DNA from: Phyllosticta citribraziliensis
Lineage: Eukaryota
Assembly (NCBI RefSeq): GCF_038025025.1
Contig: NW_027117347.1
Location: 1,240,001-1,304,000 of the forward strand
DNA length: 64,000 nucleotides
Direction of reading: 5' to 3'
Within the stretch, counting starts at the first letter, position 1. Every line of letters starts with the position of its first letter. The notes below the pieces were generated by a model. It saw only the letters and a program-made list of their open reading frames with translations, did not search any database and had not been told where the DNA came from. Shown here in pieces: positions 25,670 through 37,363 of this stretch. Both the position numbers and the translations under genes were made by a program.

Positions 25670-27205
25670 ATGGTTCCCAAGCCTCTTACCATCAACGCCA
25701 ACACGGCTCCCTTCAAATCCTCCCGTCTCGCAATTCCACCGTCCCCCTTCTCCCCACGCATGCCCATCACGCCGCCCGCGACGCCGCCAAAGGCACAGCA
25801 CATGCGGCCATCCAACAAACGCGCTCTCTCTTCGCCCACGACGCCGCCCCCCTCAGCGCCGCTCAACTGGCTCTGGCAATGCCACGTCTGCTACCGGGCG
25901 TACCCGCTCGGCGCGACGCGGCGCTGCCTGGACGACGGACACTACTTCTGCTCGGGCACGACGGCCGTGACCAAGCGCAAGGGCAAGGCGAGCCACCGGC
26001 GCGCCAAGCGGCACCGGGCGTGCGCGAGCGAGTTCGACTACTCCAACTGGAAGGCGTGGGGCGAGTGGCGCCGCAGCGAGGACGATTTGCTCGCACTGCA
26101 CCGCAAGGGCGGTGACGCGAATTCCGAGGACGAGGACGACGGCGACGCCATGAGCGTCGACTCGGGGTACGTCAGTGGCAGCGGTGATCGCGCCAGTCTG
26201 CCCAGCCAGACGAAGGCGCAGAAGAAGGACTGCTGGAATACGTGCGACTATCCGTCCGAGTGCCGCTGGGGCAGCCAGTACGGGGTGCAGAGGTCTTCCT
26301 CTGCAAGCCAATCTGCTGCTGCTGCAACTTGCGTCTCGATCAGCGGCTGCGCGTCTTCTTCTTCCCCATCTCAAAGTCCTGATGCCTCACCTCAGTACTC
26401 GCCGCTCTCCCTTTCCCTGCAGACCCAGCCCCCCACTACCTCATCCTCCCCATCTGCATCGCCTCCTACGACCTTCGACGGCATCCTCGAAGGGACGCCG
26501 CTCGCCAGCGCGCTTGCAACCGCCTCGGCCAGCCTCAGCCCCACATCGCCCAAAGACGTGCGCGAGCGCTTCTGGGACACGCTGCTCGACGCGGCGCGCC
26601 AACGCAAGCGCAGCACCAGCAGCGGCAGCAACGGGAAAAAGAACCCCGGCTCCCCACTCGCCAAAGCAGTCATCACGCTGCCAGCCGTGGCAGAGGAGGA
26701 CGAGGAGCAAGCAGAGGCGGCGGACACGGCAATGGACGTCCCGCTCTTCTTCGACGCCGTCGAGCACCTGGGTCAAGACGCGGAGCGGCGGTCAGCGCAG
26801 CACCACCATAGCAGTGTCGATTTGCATCTCGTCCTCCCGCCGCCCGCCGTGCCTGAACCCGCACTGTCCTGGCAAGGCGCGTCGGCGCTGAACCGGAGCA
26901 GCGCGTGCAGCGGCAGCAGCAGCGGCAGCACAACCACCACAACCACCACCACTACCACTACCACCGCCACCGCTGCGAGCAACAGCAACAGCAACAACAC
27001 CAGCACCAGCACCAGCCGCGCATTCGACTTCGGCTTCGCGGACAAAGTGCAAAGCGCGCTGGCGGGGTCGACGGTCGTCGTCGCCGTGCTGAGCGACGTG
27101 CGGAGCGCGGGTGGCCGCGCTGACGAGTGCGTCAAGTCGGGGAGGATGGCGGGGATGGGCCGGGCGAGGAGGCGGCTGATTCGGAGGAAGCCTGTTGGAT
27201 TGTAG
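25670..27205 (+). CDS. Uncharacterised fungal protein with a Cys/His-rich putative zinc-binding domain and low-complexity S/T tail
   Basis: 511-aa ORF with strong GC3 bias. Contains WLWQCHVC..YPLGATRRCLDDGHYFC, HRACASEFDYSNW and KDCWNTCDYPSECRW; (ACC)n/(AGC)n tracts near the 3' end. Confidence 0.75.
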   Translation: MVPKPLTINANTAPFKSSRLAIPPSPFSPRMPITPPATPPKAQHMRPSNKRALSSPTTPPPSAPLNWLWQCHVCYRAYPLGATRRCLDDGHYFCSGTTAVTKRKGKASHRRAKRHRACASEFDYSNWKAWGEWRRSEDDLLALHRKGGDANSEDEDDGDAMSVDSGYVSGSGDRASLPSQTKAQKKDCWNTCDYPSECRWGSQYGVQRSSSASQSAAAATCVSISGCASSSSPSQSPDASPQYSPLSLSLQTQPPTTSSSPSASPPTTFDGILEGTPLASALATASASLSPTSPKDVRERFWDTLLDAARQRKRSTSSGSNGKKNPGSPLAKAVITLPAVAEEDEEQAEAADTAMDVPLFFDAVEHLGQDAERRSAQHHHSSVDLHLVLPPPAVPEPALSWQGASALNRSSACSGSSSGSTTTTTTTTTTTTATAASNSNSNNTSTSTSRAFDFGFADKVQSALAGSTVVVAVLSDVRSAGGRADECVKSGRMAGMGRARRRLIRRKPVGL

Positions 27206-30200
27206 GTTCTTTTGCTTGTTGAATAGGTAGGTATTGTTTGTTTGTGATTGCTTTGCTTCGTGGACTTGGACTTGGATTTGGATTTGGACTTGGGTGCAGG
27301 AAGAGGGGACGGAGAGTAAGGAGGGAGGGAGAGGAGAGGGATGCTCAGATTGCCATATGTACTGTACATGTAGTATATATCTTCGTTTTGTCCTTCACTT
27401 TACCCCCACTAGCCTGTGTGTGGGTACTAGAGTTGATAGAGTGCTGAAACTTTGCGTGGTTTAGCCTTGGTGAAGGTGCTGTCAGAAAGGGCCGTCCCGT
27501 CCCGCTCGTCCCGTGCCGTTACTTTTCATGGCGGCGGGAGAACGTCGAGGGACGGACGAGAGCGAAAGACTCGGTTCAGCGGGTAAAGGGACAGCAGTAA
27601 CGCGGAGGTTTTTGTCTTGTTATTTGAAGGGACATGGTGGAATGTTGGTATGTGGTGATGTATGGAGAGAGGTCTGCCGTAAGTCTGGTACAGCTTGCTC
27701 AATGGTCAGAAAGACGCAGCATTGCAATTGTAGCGCCGGTTTCTCACGCACACAGCGTCGGTGATTGTGCAGTAAAAGTCGGGTAGGTAGCATCGCAGCT
27801 ACACGCACCCGTCGTTGTCTACTCGACTGACGCCACGATAGCAAGCAGCATGTGTCGACAGCTGGATGGACGAGTTTCGAACAGCGTTATCTGCATGCTG
27901 TACACCGCCAACAAAGACGCCGTGGGCGAAAATGTAGGTACAGCAGTACAGCACAGTACACGCAGTCAGGAACAGGCCGGCAGCGAAAGAGGTCACGAGC
28001 TCCATGTCTGTCTGCCCGTCGCCGTAGACACGCACATGTCCATCTCATGGTCGCAGTGCCCGGCTGACCCGTTCTCTGCCCTGTGCATGCGTGCCTCGGT
28101 CAGACGCTGACTGTGCTGTGCTGGACCGAGTGCGTGCAGTGATGATTACCGCCCACTCCAGCCCTACACGGGCATGAATCGCTCGAGTACAGCTGGTGAC
28201 GCTGACCATCATCATCCAGCGGCCAAGGAAGGTACATGTAGGTAGACGCCCCGGCCCTTGCAGCAGCCCCACGGCAAAACGTCACAAACGGCGTCGGTGG
28301 TCGCCTCTTGCATTGCCACGATTATTTTGCTACAGCGACGGGAGAGAATGGGAGGCAAAACAAGATAAAAACAAGAAAGAAAAATGGACAGACGGCGAAA
28401 ATAAGGGCTCAGGCACCCTGCCTCGAGAGGTCAGGCGAGGTGGACGCGGGTGCGGCGGTGCGCAAGCCGGTTGGCTGGCGGGCGGAAATTAGAGTTAAGG
28501 TTGGAGCCCTATTTTCTCTCTCTTGGGGGTCGTTCGGGTCGAGTGGGCGGCGGGGATGTGGGCGAGGGGAACCTTGTCTGGTGTCTGTCTGGTGTTGGAG
28601 TCTGGATGGTGAGCAGCGATTGAGCTGATGAGGGGCTGGGCGGAGGAATGAGTGCATGGCACGGCGTCGAGGACAGCGTGGTGGTTTGGTTGGTTGGAAG
28701 CCGTTGGTGGAGCTGTCGTGGAAGGGTGGTGGGTGAGGTGAGAGAAGCATTCGCCTTTCCTTGGGCCTCTGCGCCGTCAATCGGTCGTATCTCAACAACA
28801 ACGACCCCACCAGGTATATGCAATACGATGGATAGCGCGAGCGGTGAGGGTCAATATATGAGAATGCTTCATGATTTTCAGCGACCATATAGGCCATGAG
28901 CCGTCAGTTGGCCACTGGGTCGTCGTATGGGACAAGATGTGAGTAGATGAAGTTTGCGAAACGGGTTAGGGTGGCAGTGGCAGCGAATTGCGATCGTCGC
29001 CTCGCCCCGAGCCCGATCGATGTGGGTGGGTGCAACAGGATGCTGGGAGAGACGGGAGTGAGACTGACGGGTCGGCCAGGCACAGGAACCACGACGACAA
29101 GGAAACGAGAACCAGAACGAGCTCCAGCTCCTCCTGACTCGCAGCGCCTGTCTTGTGTTTGGTTGCTTTTATACAACAGGAGCTGGCGCTGCGTGATTGG
29201 ACATGTTGTGGACTGTGGCCCAGCAGCTGTGCTGTGCAGTGCAAGCGTCCCGAACCGGCCAGCCGCCGTGTTTTGGACCAACGCCACACGCGAGCCCAGG
29301 AATGGAGTTTTCGAGGGAGGCGACGACAAGAGACATGGGGAGATTGAGTCTGACAGCGTCATGGCGTGCGGTGGTGATGGTGTTGATGCGCGACGAAAAG
29401 GCAGCTGAGAGAGAGGATCCCGACTGCCCAGACTGAGCCCATCCATGAGCCCGGCAAGCGACAGGGAATTTCTTCTTTGTCGTCCCTGGCTTCCTGCACC
29501 CGCGCCCGCACGTGGAAACGACACCTCCAACCACCGACCGTCGCCATCGTCGTCGTCATTTTCATCACCGCTGCATCCATCCCATCTGTCAGTTCTCGTT
29601 GGCCCGCCCCTGATTGCAACCTAGGTAGTCGTGGCTGTCGCCGTCTGCCGTGGCGCCACTGCCAGCGGTCTTCGGCCCAAAGCCACCAAAACGAGCAGAG
29701 CATGGACGCAACGCTTCGTGTGCTGAGACGAGGCCGTCTTGACAGGTCTGATTCCTTCTCCACAGGCCTAGAACCGTCCACCTCAGGCCTCCGGAAATGA
29801 GGCCTGATGACTTGGGGCCGTCCTGCCCTCGGCTTGCGTGGCCCATGGCGACGAGCACCCGGCAGTGCTTTGCTTCGACGACACCATCGTCTCTCGTCGT
29901 CTTCACGCCTCCAAAGCAATGGTGAGTTGGGAAAAATAAAAAAGTCAATTTCTTTTCTTTTTTTCAATTCGTCTTCTTCTGTTTGTCCCTTCGTGTCACT
30001 GCCAAGTGCGCCTCCTATTGCGCTGCGCGGCCGTACCATACCCCTGCGGGCTGCCGCTTGCCGCAAGCGCTTGTGCGGTGCGCTCCACCGGCCACATCCA
30101 CACACGGCCTCTGCCTCTGCCTGTGCTGTGAAACCCGCCTTGCACCTTGCACGAGATATTAATGGCCGCTGAGGAGCCGCCCACGCCCAGCTAGCCTGTT

Positions 30201-30440
30201 CCTAGTCCTGTACATATATCCTCTGTGGCCCTGCCCGTCCGCTCGTTTTCCCCCTTCTCTCCACCTTTTGCCTTCCCCAGTCTTGCTGCTGTCATTCTTT
30301 GCTGAGCTATCAGCTCGTCCTCTCCTTGTCTCGCCATACCAGAGACTGTCCTCTCTCTAGCAGCCCTGGTTACTCGTTGATCCGTTCACGGCTCCAATCA
30401 CTGCACATCCTGCACATCCAGATCTCCGTCAACACCAAAC

Positions 30441-31907
30441 ATGCCTTCCAAGATTGCCCAGTTCGGGCTTCTGTCCCTGGCTGGTTCCGCCGTCGCCCAC
30501 CAGGCTGGCAAGCACAACAAGTTCCACGAGCGCCGCGTTGCTCAGGCCGACGCCCCCTACGGCATCAATGCCACCTTTTTCAACTCTTCGGCCCCGGCGC
30601 CCCCTCCCGCCGCCCAGGGAACCAACACCGTCGTCCTCACCAACACGCTCGAGTACACCGAGTACCTGACCCAGTACAAGACCCTGAGCCCCTCTCCCGC
30701 TGCCTCGGGCGCAGTCTCTCCTGTCGTTGCCGCCGAGGCCGTCTCTTCTTCGCCCGCCGATGAAGTCTGCGACGAGGTTGCCGTCACTGTCACCAACAAG
30801 CCTCTTACCGTGACCGTGACCCAATGGGCTGGCGCTTCTTCTGCTGCCCCGGCCACTTCGAGTGCCGTCGCCGCATCGTCGGTTGCCGCCGTGAGCAGCG
30901 CCGTTCCCGTCGTTTCTCCCTCTTCGGCTCCCGTCGCCTCGAGCTACGTTGCTCCCTCTTCCGTCGCGGCCACTTCTGTCGTCGCACCCAGCTCTGTTGC
31001 TCCCGTCAGCTCGGTCGCCCCCGTCAGCTCTGCGGCCACTTTTGCTGAGAGCAGCGCTGCCCCCGCGACCAGCGCCGCCGCCAAGACCACCCCTGCCTCG
31101 AGCAGCGTGGCCAGCAGCACTCCCGCTGCCTCCTCGACCGCCTCCTCCGGCACCGTTGCCAAGCGTGGTCTCGTCTACAACGACTTCAGCGTCGTGACCG
31201 ACTTCGAGAGCTCCCAGGCCATTGGTTGGGCCTGGAACTGGGGCCAGACGTCCGGCGGCTCCATGCCCACCAACATCCAGTTCGTCCCCACGCTTTGGGG
31301 CACGCGCGAGACGGACGACCTCACCACCTGGTTCTCCAACGCCCAGACCGAGATTGCCAACGGCGCCAAGTACCTGATGGCCTTCAACGAGCCCGACGTC
31401 GAGCAGTCGAGCGGCGGTTCCGACATCTCGCCCGCCGACGCCGCCACGGCCTTCAAGACGTACATGAACCCGTACTCGGTCAACACGACGCTCGTCTCGC
31501 CCGGTGTCTGCAACGGCGTCGGCACCCGGTCGGCCACGGGCCGCTCGCAGGGACTCGACTGGCTGTCCGAGTTCCAGACGGCGTGCGGCGGCTTCGGCAC
31601 CTCGGACTCGCAGTGCAAGATCAGCGCCATCAACATCCACTTCTACAACGACTACACGGGCGACGCGACGGTCAACCTGCAGAACTTCAAGACGTACGCG
31701 CAGAAGGCGTACGACCAGTTCAAGATGCCCATCTGGATCACCGAGTTTGCGCTGTCGGGCGCCGACGACGCGGCCGCCAAGACGTTCCTCGAGGGCGTCT
31801 TCGAGTTTGCCGCCCAGAACGACTGGCTCGAGCGCTACTCGTACTTCAAGGGCGAGACGCTCGTTGCTAGCACTACCCTCAAGACGCTGTATGCTGCTCT
31901 CTCGTGA
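30441..31907 (+). CDS. Secreted GH128 (Asl1-like) beta-1,3-glucanase with Ser/Ala/Val-rich linker
   Basis: Signal peptide, then a low-complexity S/A/V/P region, then KRGLVY, WAWNW, FVPTLWG, FNEPD (acid/base), IHFY, PIWITEFA (nucleophile) and WLERYSYF. Confidence 0.9.
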   Translation: MPSKIAQFGLLSLAGSAVAHQAGKHNKFHERRVAQADAPYGINATFFNSSAPAPPPAAQGTNTVVLTNTLEYTEYLTQYKTLSPSPAASGAVSPVVAAEAVSSSPADEVCDEVAVTVTNKPLTVTVTQWAGASSAAPATSSAVAASSVAAVSSAVPVVSPSSAPVASSYVAPSSVAATSVVAPSSVAPVSSVAPVSSAATFAESSAAPATSAAAKTTPASSSVASSTPAASSTASSGTVAKRGLVYNDFSVVTDFESSQAIGWAWNWGQTSGGSMPTNIQFVPTLWGTRETDDLTTWFSNAQTEIANGAKYLMAFNEPDVEQSSGGSDISPADAATAFKTYMNPYSVNTTLVSPGVCNGVGTRSATGRSQGLDWLSEFQTACGGFGTSDSQCKISAINIHFYNDYTGDATVNLQNFKTYAQKAYDQFKMPIWITEFALSGADDAAAKTFLEGVFEFAAQNDWLERYSYFKGETLVASTTLKTLYAALS

Positions 31908-32677
31908 GAGAGCTTGTCTTTCAAACTGCCGCTTAGCATAGCATAGCATGGCGATGCATGGCGTGGCGTGGCGTAGCGTAGCGTGACGAATGTCTTTTTC
32001 CCCCTTGTTTTGCGGTCTTTTTCACTTGTTGCTGTTGCTTGGCTTGGTTTGTTGGTTGAGCACATACCTTTTTGCACTTCTTCCACAGATGGATGGATGG
32101 ACGGACAGCTCTCGAACGGAACCCATCATCATCACCCTTACTTTTCTTGTGCGTACTTTTAGGGGCTGTGGTTTGGTGTGGACACTGCTCACTCCGGTCC
32201 GGCGGCGGGGTACATAGACACGACGGCGGAGAGCACTGCGTGCCCCGCGCGTGGGGAGGTCTTTTGGTCGAGAAGCGACAAGGGGAGAGGGGGGGGAGAG
32301 AGCGATAGAGAGAGCGGTGTGTCGGCGCTTTATCCGTACAAATGCGTGTCTATACTTCCGCCCAAAAATCGACCCGGCTGGTTCGCCGAAAGGCGCCGGC
32401 TTGGGCTTCTTCACCTACCTACCTCACTGATCTTGTCTGCCTGCTTGCTGGTCCGGTCTGCGTGATGTGTGCGTCCATGCGTGGTTGGTGGCCGTTGAAT
32501 GGGTGCTCGTCTTTCCGCGGTGCCTGGACCTTGTGGCCTGATGGTCTGGCCTGCTTGTGGTGTCTATCCCGTCTTTCTTCTTCGGATCCCCCCCTTTTCT
32601 GGCTCGTCGCATGACTGACTGGCTGACCCATGTTGCCCGCCGTCTTCGCTTGCAACTTTTCCACCCGTCCGCCTTGG

Positions 32678-33257
32678 GTGGTAAGCGAGTCGCCGGTCCT
32701 CTTGCAGATTGCGAGTGAATTCTGGGATGGTCGACCCGCTTGCACAATGCGGGTGTACCAGGGTTGATCGGAGCAAGTTTGAACGTTGACATGCGTGGGA
32801 AGGGCGTTTTCTATGGCAACGGCCATCGCACTAGGGTCCTCCTCGGTGATGGTACACTTCTACCATTGAATGGTTCGCGACAGAAGCAGGGTCCTGCCAA
32901 CCGTGGTAAGATATCTTGCGATTCGAGTGCACAACTGCCGACTGCGAGTGAATCCTGACATGGTCGACCCATTTGCACAAAGTTGGCGTACCGCATGTTT
33001 GTGAAGGGTTTACATGTGTAGGTGCGTTTTCTTTGGAAACTGGGTGGAAGATCCGTGTCTACATGGAACGACCGGGACGCTCCCGGCCGTCGATGACGGT
33101 ACGATTCAACCATTGAATGGTTCGCGACAGAAAGAGGGTCATGCCAACCGTGGTGTTCGCATTGGTCGTTACGAGAGGCTTTCTCCCGCTCCTCGATGAC
33201 GGTACAATACAACCGTTGATTGGTTCGCGACAGAAACGGGGTCCAGCCAACCGTGGT
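32678..33257. repeat. Degenerate tandem duplication (~240-bp unit x2) containing a 60-bp module present 3 times
   Basis: Module GAYGGTAC..TGGTTCGCGACAGAA..GGGTC..GCCAACCGTGGT at 32848-32907, 33095-33154 and 33198-33257. Second shared block GAYTGCGAGTGAAT..ATGGTCGACCC..TTGCACAA at 32707 and 32940. Confidence 0.85.
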
Positions 33258-34515
33258 ATTTGCTGTTGTCCTTACGGGGGGCATTGCGCATTTTTGGCGT
33301 ATTGGGGCCTGGACGTGACACTGTCTCGACGTGAGTGCGATGAGAGACAGAATTTGGTAGCATTTGCCACTGCTACATCATCGAGACTCAACACCTGTCC
33401 TTGCGGTTTGAATCAGGGGAAGATGAGCAAGACATTGTAATGCGTTTGGGAATATTCCCTCTTGTCAGACAGCCAAGGGACTGAGGAGTAGGGCTTGTTC
33501 CCAATGAGATTGAACCAAGGTTGCAGAGCTGGCATCCATGCCATCCGGTTGAATTCCTCTCTAAATATCGGTAGGATGAAGTAAGAATTGAGCAAATGAT
33601 CCAGTGCTGAATTTGGTAGGCAGATTGAGGTGGTTGGGTGGTGGGCAGGACCCTCGATTGGGTCGTGGCTAACTAGTCCCGTTCGGGCTGGACCCGGGCT
33701 GGGAGTCACCACGTGACTGCTTACAAATTTTCCGCAGCACCGGCAGGCTGCCCTGTTCTTTATAGGTAGAGAGAGGCCGCCTCTCCTCTTTCTCCCGACA
33801 CATCATCACCCTCGACTCGGTTCACACGTTGCACTCTACAGCCACATCTCTTTCGCTCTGCCTTCTCCACACGGTCGCGACACCAAATACTCGTCGCTTG
33901 CCGTTCGGCTCTTTTACAAGCCCTCTATCGGAGCTCATCTCGCAGTCGCTCGCGTGACGTCGGTGCCGGCGTTGTTCGTTCGCGACCTCGGGTCTTGCGT
34001 GCTCGCCACTTGATCCCCCCCGTCGACACAACGCACACAAGGTGAGGTTGGTGGATCGATTGCGTGGAATCGCCTTTGGGTGAGAGCAAGAATTCTGGAG
34101 AGGTCGCTAGCTGGTGGACACTGTGGTCGAAGTTCTGGTATTCAGTTCTTACTCCGCACGTCGGGCTGAAACCGCCCCATTTGCTGTGCCCTCTGCGCTT
34201 TGTACACAGTTCTCTTTTATCTTCTTTGGGTTTTACACTTAGCTGCTGCCTTGCTGGCTCGGCTCATTCACAATTCAAAATACCAACTTTCCACTGGGAA
34301 TCCGAGAAAAAGCATTTGCACCCAAAGAGTTCGCGTCGCGAACCCTGACTTGACGTCTACAACTCGACGACTGGACTCTCTCGCCGATTTGATCTGCGAA
34401 AGCTAGCTCACTGCTCCACTCGCGCGACTCGTGGTCGACCGACTTCACTTTCACTTTTACGACCTCAGCGACAACGCCCCACGACCGATTGCGTCTTCGC
34501 ATATAAACCGCCATC

Positions 34516-36582
34516 ATGTCGTCCTCCGTCTTTTTCAAATTCAAGTCGTCCAAGGAACCCCAGCGAATCACGTTTGACGGTACTGGTATTTCGGTCTTTG
34601 AACTGAAGAGAGAGATCATCAACGCGACTGGCCTCGGCGACGGCACGGACTTTGACCTGTCAATCTACACCGACGACACCAACGAAGGTTCGTCGCACGT
34701 AAACCTGACATGCTGCAATGCTAACTCCACGTAGAATACGACGATGATACCACGATAGTGCCTCGTTCCACGACCGTTTTGGTCCGGCGTCTCCCCGCAG
34801 CTCGGCCGGGTCACGGTCGTGCCGCGAGATACGTCTCTGGCAAGGCCCCGGTTACTGCAAAGAACTCCTACCGTACCGAAGCCCTCTCCAAGCCAGCAAT
34901 TCAGGCAAAGCCCATTGCCGATGGAGCATCTGCCATGAACAACGCCCAGACCGAGGAGGAGAGGATCGCAGCCATGTTTGCCGCCGGAGCGGAAAACTGG
35001 GAGCAGCAAAAGGCGAGGATGGCCGAGTAAGTCCCGTCCGCTCCATCTCACAAATACAAACTAACAACCTTCCAGTGCCAAACCAGTGTACAGACCTGGA
35101 AACCGGGGCAGGCCCCACAACGTCCCCGAAGGCGAACCTCCGGAAACCTACATCTGCCACAGATGTCACGTCAAAGGTAAGAACTCACGAGACGCAGCGA
35201 AAATAAGCATGTGCTGATTGGAATTAGGACACTGGATCCAAGCTTGTCCCACCAACGATGACCCCAATTTCGAGAACAAGCCGCGTATCAAGCGGACGAC
35301 TGGAATTCCACGATCAATGTTGCAGACTATTGAGAAGCCGGTGGCTCTCACCAACGATGGTCTGACGGATGAAACTCGTCAACCGTCAGGAGTCATGGTC
35401 AACGCTGCGGGCGAGTATGTCATAGCTAAGCCTGATGAGGCTGCCTGGAACAAATACCAAGCCAAGGCTCAGGCGTCCGCCGCACAACAACTTGAAGACG
35501 CTTCCGCTGGTAGCAAAGAACTTCAGGACCGTGGTCTAGAATGCTCAGTTGACAAGCGCATGTTCGTGGATCCAATGAAGACACCTTGCTGTGGAATGAC
35601 ATACTGCAATGACTGTATCGAGAATGCACTCATTAACAGTGACTTCGTATGTCCAAACTGCGCCAAGGACGACGTGTTCATTGACAACCTCGTCCCTGAC
35701 GAAGAGGTGGCTGCTAAAATCAAGGCCTACGAGGATGAAAAGGCAGCCGAGCGCAAGGCGAGGGAAGCATCCAAAAGTCCAAAGTCCGAAAAAGCGACTC
35801 CAGTCAACGGAGACAATGTCGAAAAGGCAGCCAGCAGCAACGGCTCTCCAGAAAACAAAGCCGCAAAGCCTGCGTCGCCTGCTTCCAAGTCCCCAGCGGT
35901 CACGCCCAGTACCGCATCTGCAACGCCAGCAACCACCAACGGAGTGTCAAAGAAGCGCCCCGCTGAAGAGGAACTCAAAAATGACCGGATCCCCACCGCA
36001 CCCGCAGCCATGCGCAAACAGCAGGAACAGCAACAAAAGCTTCAGGCGCCAAGCACTCCCGACCCGACTTTCATGAATCAGATGAACGGTCTCCCTGGAG
36101 GACCGCAATTCAACGTGGGCAACCAATTCCCTCCCAATGGTAACTTTATGGGCTATGGTGGCATGCCGGGTATGGGCTTTCCAAACCAGAACATGATGGG
36201 CATGGGCATGAGCGTGGCCGGAGGCATGGGCATGCCGAATGCAATGATGAACCCCATGATGATGCAGAATGGCGGGTGGGGAAACATGGGAGCCATGGGC
36301 TTTCCTCCCAACGGCATGTACGGCAACATGAACGGCATGATGAACGGAGGCTACAACCAACAATGGCATGGCGGCAACCAGGCGGGCTGGAACATGAACG
36401 GCATGGGACCTCAAGGCCATATGCAGAACAAGAATGGCGTTTTCCCAAACCAACAACGCACCGTCTTCAGCGAACCCTTTGCCAACGAAGAGGAGAATGC
36501 GTACTTTCGCAAACCAGTCAACCCTCACCGGCACCAGAATCGCAACCGCAGGAACCGCGCGCCCGACTACACGCAGCTCTAA
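34516..36582 (+). CDS. MPE1: Mpe1/RBBP6 cleavage-polyadenylation factor subunit (DWNN, zinc knuckle, RING); multi-exon
   Basis: MSSSVFFKFKSSKEPQRITFDGTGISVFELKREII (DWNN), YICHRCHVKG|HWIQACPT, RIKRTTGIPRS and CSVDKRMFVDPMKTPCCGMTYCNDCIENAL; M/G/N-rich tail. Confidence 0.93.
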
Positions 36583-37363
36583 GAAAGGATGGCGTCAAAA
36601 CATCTTTACGTTTCCTCAGACCATGGGCATCAGTTTCTTTCGTACACGGATAGGGCTCTTCGACTCGACAATTTTCTCACAGCGGCATTTGCTGAGGCGC
36701 AATACGGGGTCTCGGTCTGCATTGAGTTCGGTTCATCATCAACAGCCAGGGTGGCTTAGGGGTTTCCTTTCAGAGTAATGGCGTTTGGAGTCTGCACAAG
36801 GACGTTGGTGTGGAGTTTTTTACTGGGGCATGCGACGTCCTCGAAGATATCATGGCCGAAGAGGAGAGCCAGTATTTATGGGAACAAGGGCTCGTGGAGG
36901 TCAACTGCGGGCTACTCTAAATCCAAGGCAGTGGAGTACAGATGCAATCAATTCACTTCAATTTCCATTTAATATCATTTGCAATATCACAAAGTGACGT
37001 ATGTGAAACTGGCGAAACATTGTTTGGCCGCGGCCCTCGTGAGGGGAGCTGTGGAGCTGTGTGCCTCCTTCTGCCTGTTTGGGCTCGGCCATTCATCGGC
37101 TGTGCCCGCCAAGGAGGACAGACGCGCGACTTGAGGCCAGAGTACAATTCCAACATCGACATAATCTCCAGCAAAGCGCCCATTTCCCCTCGTCCTAGGG
37201 ACCGTACGACGTCTCAGCAAGTACCTGCGGCGACATTCCTCCAGCGTGCGCTCCGTGCTCGAGAGGCCGCCGCCCTTGCCCAGCATTACGTCGCATCGAG
37301 CTATCGGCCACTTGACCTCAACACCGTCCAGGTCCTCGACCGATCCACCGCGCAACCGACAAC

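Noticed and set aside
27206..30400. Many 70-250 aa ORFs in the long intergenic region
   Set aside because: Mostly non-ATG starts, low-complexity or microsatellite-derived, with no codon bias or domain signal; best read as UTR/promoter DNA.
30429..31949. 506-aa antisense ORF over the GH128 gene (similarly 3114-4235, 21192-22292 and others)
   Set aside because: Shadow ORFs caused by high-GC3 codon bias of the real gene on the opposite strand; no recognisable motifs.
32848..33257. CRISPR-like reading of the three 60-bp repeats
   Set aside because: Eukaryotic context, degenerate repeats, very unequal spacing, spacers partly homologous to flanking DNA, and no cas genes.
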